Shown here piece after piece: positions 23,576 to 29,034 of a stretch of 29,034 nucleotides of DNA (its first letter is position 1; each line of letters starts with the position of its first letter). The notes beneath the pieces are model-generated. The model saw nothing but the letters and a program-made list of their open reading frames with translations. It was not told where the DNA came from and did no database searches. The position numbers and the translations under genes were made by a program. Source of the DNA: Octopus sinensis (lineage: Eukaryota); assembly GCF_006345805.1 (NCBI RefSeq), contig NW_021827498.1, forward strand, positions 1 through 29,034. Direction: 5' to 3'.

Positions 23576-24563
23576 CCGGTGGGATGACCGCGAATTTGGT
23601 GATTTTGTTATATATTGATTTCAAATTTTGGCACAAGGCCAGCAATTTCGGGTGAGGAGATAAGCCGATTACATTGACCCCAATGTTCAACTGATACTCC
23701 ATTTATCAACCTCGAAGGGATGAAAGGCAAAGTCGACCTTGGTGGAATTTGAACTCAGAACATAAGATAGACGAAATACCTATTTCTTTTACTGCCCACA
23801 AGGGCGCTACACCAGAGAGGACAAACAAGGACAGACAAACGGATTAAGTCGATATATCGACACCCAGTGCGTGACTGGTACATCCGGTGGGATGACGCGA
23901 ATTTGGTGATTTTGTTAGTTAGTTAGTAGTTGTTAGTTAATTTGGCTCAAAAGCAAATAGCAAGGCCATGTAGGGGGACATGGAGTTAGGTACAGGGTGG
24001 TGTCATGTAAAGAGTTCGGGCCACTTGAGGCAAGGGAGGCTTTGAACAAAGCGGTCGTCGGATCTTCACCATCTCGTCTGGCAGCTTGTCCACGGATCCG
24101 CAACCCGGACGGAGAAAGCTCCTCTCCTTCGGTTTGAGATGAAATCGTCGCAGGTAGAGCTTTTCGGATGAACCCGCAGCCGACGCTCTGGAGCAGGAGT
24201 GAAGAACAGCTCTTTCGAGAGGTTACACTTTCCGCTATGATGTTGTGGGCGAGAATGGACACCACGGCCGCGGCCGGCGTTTTTAAAAAAAGGAATAAGT
24301 CGAGCGTCCTCAGCCTTCTTCGTAGGACAAATTTTTGAGACCATGAACCATGCGGGTAGCCAGCTTCTGGACTCTTTCGAGATGCTGTATTATATATAGA
24401 TTTCAAATTTTGGCACAAGGCCAGCAATTTCGGGTGAGGAGATAAGCCGATTACATTGACCCCAATGTTCAACTGATACTCCATTTATCAATCTCGAAGG
24501 GATGAAAGACAAAGTCGACCTTGGTGGAATTTGGACTCAGAACGTAAAGATGGACGAAATGCC
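23576..24563. repeat. About 205-bp direct duplication (23576-23780 and 23884-23917 plus 24390-24563), mostly SINE A
   Basis: Both copies share the flank CCGGTGGGATGAC(C)GCGAATTTGGTGATTTTGTTA and private SINE variants. Confidence 0.9.
23918..24389 (-). mobile_element. 5'-truncated CR1-group LINE 3' end with (CTAA)n tail
   Basis: Across frames: LERVQKLATRMVHGLKNLSYEE, RLRTLDLF, ILAHNI, RRRGAFSVRVADPW. TTAG repeats at 23915-23940. Confidence 0.85.
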
Positions 24564-24657
24564 GCTAAGTATTTGGCAAGTGTGCTAACGGTTCTGCCAG
24601 CTCACTGCCCTTTTTTTTGTGATATAATATTAGTGTTAGGCTATGACTAGCTATATA

Positions 24658-24920
24658 GGGACCTCCTTCGGTCACGACACTGACCATGGGATTGCACCTA
24701 GAAAGTTACCCTCCTAGTCACAAGTCTGGGCAAGGTGGTTTATGGAAGACCAGCAGTCGCCCATGCATACCGGCCTCCCATCTCCACGCCACCAGTGTTA
24801 TCCAAGGAAAAGCAAAGGGGCCGATACAACTTGGTACCCGTGACGCCACAACTCATTTCTACAGCTGAGTGAACTGGGGCAACGTGAAATAAAGTCTTGC
24901 TCAAGAACACAACGCGCAAT
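24658..24920 (-). mobile_element. SINE family C body and tail, head missing
   Basis: CTACAGCTGAGTGAACTGG...TTGCTCAAGAACACAACGCGC overlaps the head fragment at 15598-15700. Confidence 0.68.
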
Positions 24921-24959
24921 GACTAAGTATAATACGTTATATTCATGAGTAATCATAAA

Positions 24960-25180
24960 GGCGGCAAGCCGGCAGAATCGTTCGCACATCGGACAGAGTG
25001 CTTGGGTGGCATTTCGTCCGTCGGTAAGTTCTGAGTTCAACTTCCACCGTCGTCGATTTTTGCTTTTCTTCCTTTCCTTTCGAGGTCAATAAAATAAGTA
25101 CCTGCTGAATACCTGCTGATCGGTATAATCGACTAACCCTCTATCCCGAAGCTATGCCGGCCCTGTGCAAAAATTGGAAA
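24960..25180 (+). mobile_element. Diverged SINE A
   Basis: GGCGGCAAGCCGGCAGAATCGTT...GTTCTGAGTTCAA...AATAAGTACC. Confidence 0.8.
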
Positions 25181-25372
25181 TCATACGTATGAATTATCTT
25201 TCATGTTTAATATGAATATATACACACACGCGCACACAGACACACGCACACGTATTCATACAAACGCACAAACACATACACATATGTTTATATGTATGCG
25301 TATATAAATATATATATATATGTATGTGTGTATAATATATATATATATAAATATATATATATATGTATGTGC

Positions 25373-25424
<52 letters not shown>

Positions 25425-25447
25425 ACATATATATATATACATAGTAT

Positions 25448-25728
25448 AGATGGGCTGGACACGTCGCCCGGCTCACCGATAATCGGTGGACGCACGCAGT
25501 TGTCGAGTGGTACCCGCGCGAGCGGAAAAGGCTACCCGGAAGACCTCCACGACGGTGGAATTACGATATCAGGAGGACGATTGGGATCACGTGGATGAGA
25601 AAGGCGCGATCCAGAGAGGAGTGGGAGAGCGTTGCTGTGACCAGCGGTCTCAATGACGGACTGGTCGGTCTAGGACGTGACGGACTGGTGGTCTAAGTGA
25701 TCAAGGTGATAAAGGGATCAAGGTGATA
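25448..25728 (+). mobile_element. RTE-clade LINE 3' end inserted in (TA)n
   Basis: [37 protein letters not shown]...W (no ATG, so not in the ORF track). Short TCAAGGTGAT-type terminal repeats. Confidence 0.88.
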
Positions 25729-25733
25729 ATATG

Positions 25734-25777
<44 letters not shown>

Positions 25778-25816
25778 TATATATATGTATGTATGTATAT
25801 ATATGTATATAATATG

Positions 25817-25850
<34 letters not shown>

Positions 25851-25949
25851 TTTAAATTTAAAGGGTGAAAAACTGAATATTAATTTGATTAATATCAATT
25901 TAAAACCAGTTCTCTAGCATATAGAAAAATCTGAAGATTCAGAAAAATT

Positions 25950-26294
25950 ATATTACATTCATAAGAAGGATGACCACTAAGTTGACATACATTAAGCTAG
26001 AAGTCGACCCCCTATGGTCTTACCACTAAGAAAGGATTGTTCTCAAGAAAATTTAGCAAACGCCAGAACATAAGCAAGCAAGACAAATGAAAAGATACAA
26101 AATATACAGATTAATCACAAACCAGTTTCATTGTTACCAATTACGTAATCACTTACGTAGATGTCCGCTCGCCTACGTTCTGGCGTTTGCTAAATTTTCT
26201 TGAGAACAATTTTGTTTCTTAGTGGTAAGACCATAGGGGGTCGACTTCTAGCATATGGATGTCCACTTCGTGGTCATCCTTGTTGTATGTATGT

Positions 26295-26296
<2 letters not shown>
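25950..26296. repeat. Inverted repeat, arms about 135 bp (25950-26085 and 26162-26296), spacer about 76 bp
   Basis: GCTAGAAGTCGACCCCCTATGGTCTTACCACTAAGAAA and ATTGTTCTCAAGAAAATTTAGCAAACGCCAGAAC both recur as exact reverse complements. Confidence 0.93.
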
Positions 26297-26327
<31 letters not shown>

Positions 26328-26356
26328 TCGATATTAATATATATAGTATGTATAAT

Positions 26357-26387
<31 letters not shown>

Positions 26388-26464
26388 TATATAATATATT
26401 ATCGCATGGGCTCTTTGGGAGCAGTCAGCTAAAAGTTTCTTGTGCATTTTGATGTCGACATAAG

Positions 26465-26563
26465 TTCCTTGCCTTTCCTGATGAGAAATCTGCATAATGT
26501 ACTCCTTATTCCTTCGGAATTAGGAATATGCAGCCTTCGAAACATATGTCGAAAATAAAGGAA
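26465..26563 (+). ncRNA. Canonical type I hammerhead ribozyme with extended stem II
   Basis: UUCCUU-GCC-UUUC | CUGAUGA (26478-84) | GAA..CUGCAUA..UAUGCAG..UUC | GAAA (26539-42) C-AUAU-GUC | GAAA-AUA-AAGGAA. All core bases present. Predicted cleavage after C26550. Confidence 0.85.
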
Positions 26564-26720
26564 ATTGTTTACAAGTCGTTCAACTCCATTCTTTCATATA
26601 TATATATAATATATATATATATAACGGGAAGCTTTAATAAAAATAAACAAAAGACGAAGGCAGGTGGAAAACAAACGAACAATTGTATTAGTATGGCGCT
26701 CAGGAAATATAAATAAAACA

Positions 26721-26760
26721 ATCTTTAACGTTTCGAGCCTACGCTCTTCAACAGAAAGAT
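26721..26760 (-). ncRNA. Minimal hammerhead-like motif with variant core CUGUUGA
   Basis: AUCUUU-CUGUUGA-A-GAGC-GUAG-GCUC-GAA-ACGU-U-AAAGAU: 6-bp stem I, 4-bp stem II, palindromic ACGU stem III. Confidence 0.65.
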
Positions 26761-26990
26761 ACACAGAGAGAGAAAACACGAAAGAAGGAGAGAAAAAAAT
26801 GCGTGCAGTAGCTAACGAATCAACATGGCGATCTGATTTCGGCCAGAGGTCAAAGATCAAACATGAGACGCGAGAGCGAAATAAGGGGAGATAATAGGGT
26901 TGATAAAAGGGTTGAGGACCAGCTAATAGTGCGTAGGAGGGGTCTGGATGTGTGTATGTATAGGTTGGTGTATGTATTAGTATGTATAGG

Positions 26991-27021
<31 letters not shown>

Positions 27022-27309
27022 AGAGTATTAGTGCGTAGGATTGGTCTGGACGTGCGTATGTATGGGGTTGATGTATGTAATAGTATGTATTAGTATGTAT
27101 TAGTACGTATTGGTATATATAAGTGTGTGTGTTGTGTGTATGAGAGAGTATAAGTGCGTATGCGGGGTCTGGACGTGTGTATTTATAGGGTTGGTGTATG
27201 TATTAGTATGTACTAGTATGTATTTTAGTACGTATTAGTATGTATTAGTTGGTGTGTGTATTAGTATGGCACATCATATGTGATGTGATGTGTAAAGTCA
27301 TGTGGTGTA

Positions 27310-27600
27310 GTGAGGAGAAGAGGGGGAGGGGGAGAGAGGGGGAGAGAAGGGGAGTGGAAGAAGAGGGGGAGGAGAGGGGGAAGAAGAGGAGGGGGCGAGG
27401 AGAGGGGATGAAGGAGGAAAGAGGGAGAGGGGGAGAGAGAAGGGGAAGAGGGAGTGAGGGAGCAGAGGGAAGGGGAGAGGGAGGGAGAAAGAGGGAAGAA
27501 GGGAAGGGGAGTAGGTGTAAAGGATGAAGGAGTGAAGAGTAGGGGTCGGGGAAAGGATAGGTGAGGAGGGGGAGAGGGGGGTTAGATGAGGAGGGGGGGA
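27310..27600 (+). repeat. About 290-bp polypurine (G/A) tract inside the PLE
   Basis: Directly visible, with many GGG/GGGG runs. Confidence 0.9.
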
Positions 27601-27871
27601 GAGTTGAGACCAATGGCGTATAAGGCGAAGGGAGAAGATTAATTCCTGTTCACGGCGCAAACTGGAATCCGGATGCCTCTGTGTAAGGACAAACCGACCA
27701 CATAGGTGTTGCAAGGAGTGACCGGTGGAGCGGAAATGGCGTGAGACCGGTGTGTCGTTCGCAAGGTGGATGTCACGAAGGTGTTCCGCGAACCGGTCAG
27801 CCATGTACGTATGCTTGTATGTATGATGCATGCACACACACACACACACATACACATACACCCACACACAT

Positions 27872-28015
27872 TAACGGGCTTCTGCAAAGTTTCCGTCTAC
27901 CAAGTTAAATCATAGCATTAATCCGTCCCGGGGCTGTGGTTGAAAGCCCCTGCCCAAAGTGCCGAGTAGTGGAACGGAAATCCTGAAACCAGATTGGTTA
28001 AAAATGAACTACTTA
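27872..28015 (-). mobile_element. Old SINE B 5' half
   Basis: ACGGGCTTC...GTTTCCGTCTACCAA...TGCCCAAAGTGCC. Confidence 0.7.
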
Positions 28016-28327
28016 ACGTAACATTTCATAAAATAAGATAAAACTTTTGTACAGTGGTATTTTTTTTTTTTTTTTTTTAATAATTCACTTGCAGTGGGGT
28101 GGATTGGTAGGTTAAAGCGTGGAGGTATGTAATTAGTTCTTTACGTTCCGAGTTCAAATCGCGCCGAGGTCAGCTTAACTTTTCCATCCTTCTCGAATCA
28201 TTAAAGTAACTGTCAAATATTAGGGCCAAATTAATTCATTATGCCCTGTCTTAACATGTTCCAGCTCCAAATCAAAGCTATAAGAGGTAGCGTTCCATTT
28301 ATGACGATCGCGTCCGATTTTCAGACA

Positions 28328-28567
28328 TCTACAACTATATTGAAATATACTCTTTTACTCTTTTACTTGTTTCAGTCATTTGACTGCGACCATGCTGGAG
28401 CACCACCTTTAGTCGAGCAAATCGACCCCGGGACTTATTCTTTGTAAGCCCAGTACTTATTCTATCGGTCTATTTTTTGCCGAACCGCTAAGTAACGGGG
28501 ACATAAACACACCAGCATCGGTTGTCACAATGCTAGGGGGACAAACACAGACACACAAACACCACAC

Positions 28568-28598
<31 letters not shown>

Positions 28599-28812
28599 TA
28601 TATATATATATATATATATCTTTATATATATATATATATATACATATATACGACAGGCTTCTTTCAGTTTCCGTCTACCAAATCCACTCACAAGCATTGG
28701 TCGGCCCGGGGCTATAGCAGAAGACACTTGCCCAAGATGCCACGCAGTGGGACTGAACCCGGAACCATGTGGTTGGTTAGCAAGCTACTTACCACACAGC
28801 CACTCCTGCGCC
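28328..28812 (-). mobile_element. Full-length young SINE family B (tail proper begins about 28348)
   Basis: Near-identical to 20814-21228 apart from microsatellite length. Confidence 0.9.
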
Positions 28813-28944
28813 TTTTTAAATGATACTCTTCTTTTTAAATGATATTCATTCTGGCTGTTGTTTTTTGCAGGTCGAACAAGAAGAAGTTCCTAGATTAAGA
28901 CGCCGTAGTACATATTTAAACGAAAAGAGGAAGGGTGTCCTCTA

Positions 28945-29034
28945 CGTGGTCGCTCCAATTGCTAAAATAGCAGCCAAATGTCCTACAAATCAAAATCTAC
29001 CTTTTTAAAGAGACACAGGATATCTTGTAGGCAA
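28945..29034. mobile_element. Fragment of a further dispersed repeat (family D; related pieces near 4990-5075 and 23520-23575)
   Basis: GCTAAAATAGCAGCCAAAT...AAATCAAAATCTACC is the approximate reverse complement of GGTAGGTGTAATTT...TTGCTATTTCTAG at 5023-5063. Confidence 0.5.

Larger units (their letters stand above)
26624..27803 (-). mobile_element. Penelope-like element 3' part: GIY-YIG endonuclease C-terminus, low-complexity 3' region, terminal repeat
   Basis: ADRFAEHLRDIHLANDTPVSRHFRSTGHSLQHL...RREQELIFSL fits the R..EH...V..HF...H...E pattern of PLE endonucleases. Ends at (TA)n. Confidence 0.85.

Noticed and set aside
28820-29008. ORF after a strong splice-acceptor-like site
   Set aside because: No recognisable protein, and its 3' third overlaps a dispersed repeat. 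Kept only as a hint in the strand-bias finding.

Overview
Eukaryotic, AT-rich, microsatellite-dense DNA made almost entirely of decayed mobile elements. No intact protein-coding gene can be supported. The tRNA-derived SINE families resemble those of octopus, so a coleoid cephalopod source is inferred from recall, not proven. Contents: six R4/Dong-type LINE pieces (one about 3.2 kb), mostly abutting (TAA)n; RTE, CR1-like and Tx1/L1-like LINE fragments; Penelope-like (PLE) fragments, one with a GIY-YIG C-terminus; a deleted mariner; Tc2-like and hAT MITEs; three non-autonomous Helitrons; and many SINEs. Highlights: (1) several structurally distinct type I hammerhead ribozyme motifs, including a canonical one at 26465-26563 (+), a minimal one, a branched-stem-II one and a CUGUnGA core variant; (2) a SINE subfamily joined five times to the same internal position of related SINE copies, once with a 14-bp target-site duplication, suggesting site-specific SINE-into-SINE targeting; (3) local inverted and tandem duplications that record insertion order and could form dsRNA. 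Most ORF-track entries are microsatellite or antisense-LINE artefacts. All alignments and folds were done by eye, so boundaries of diverged repeats are approximate.
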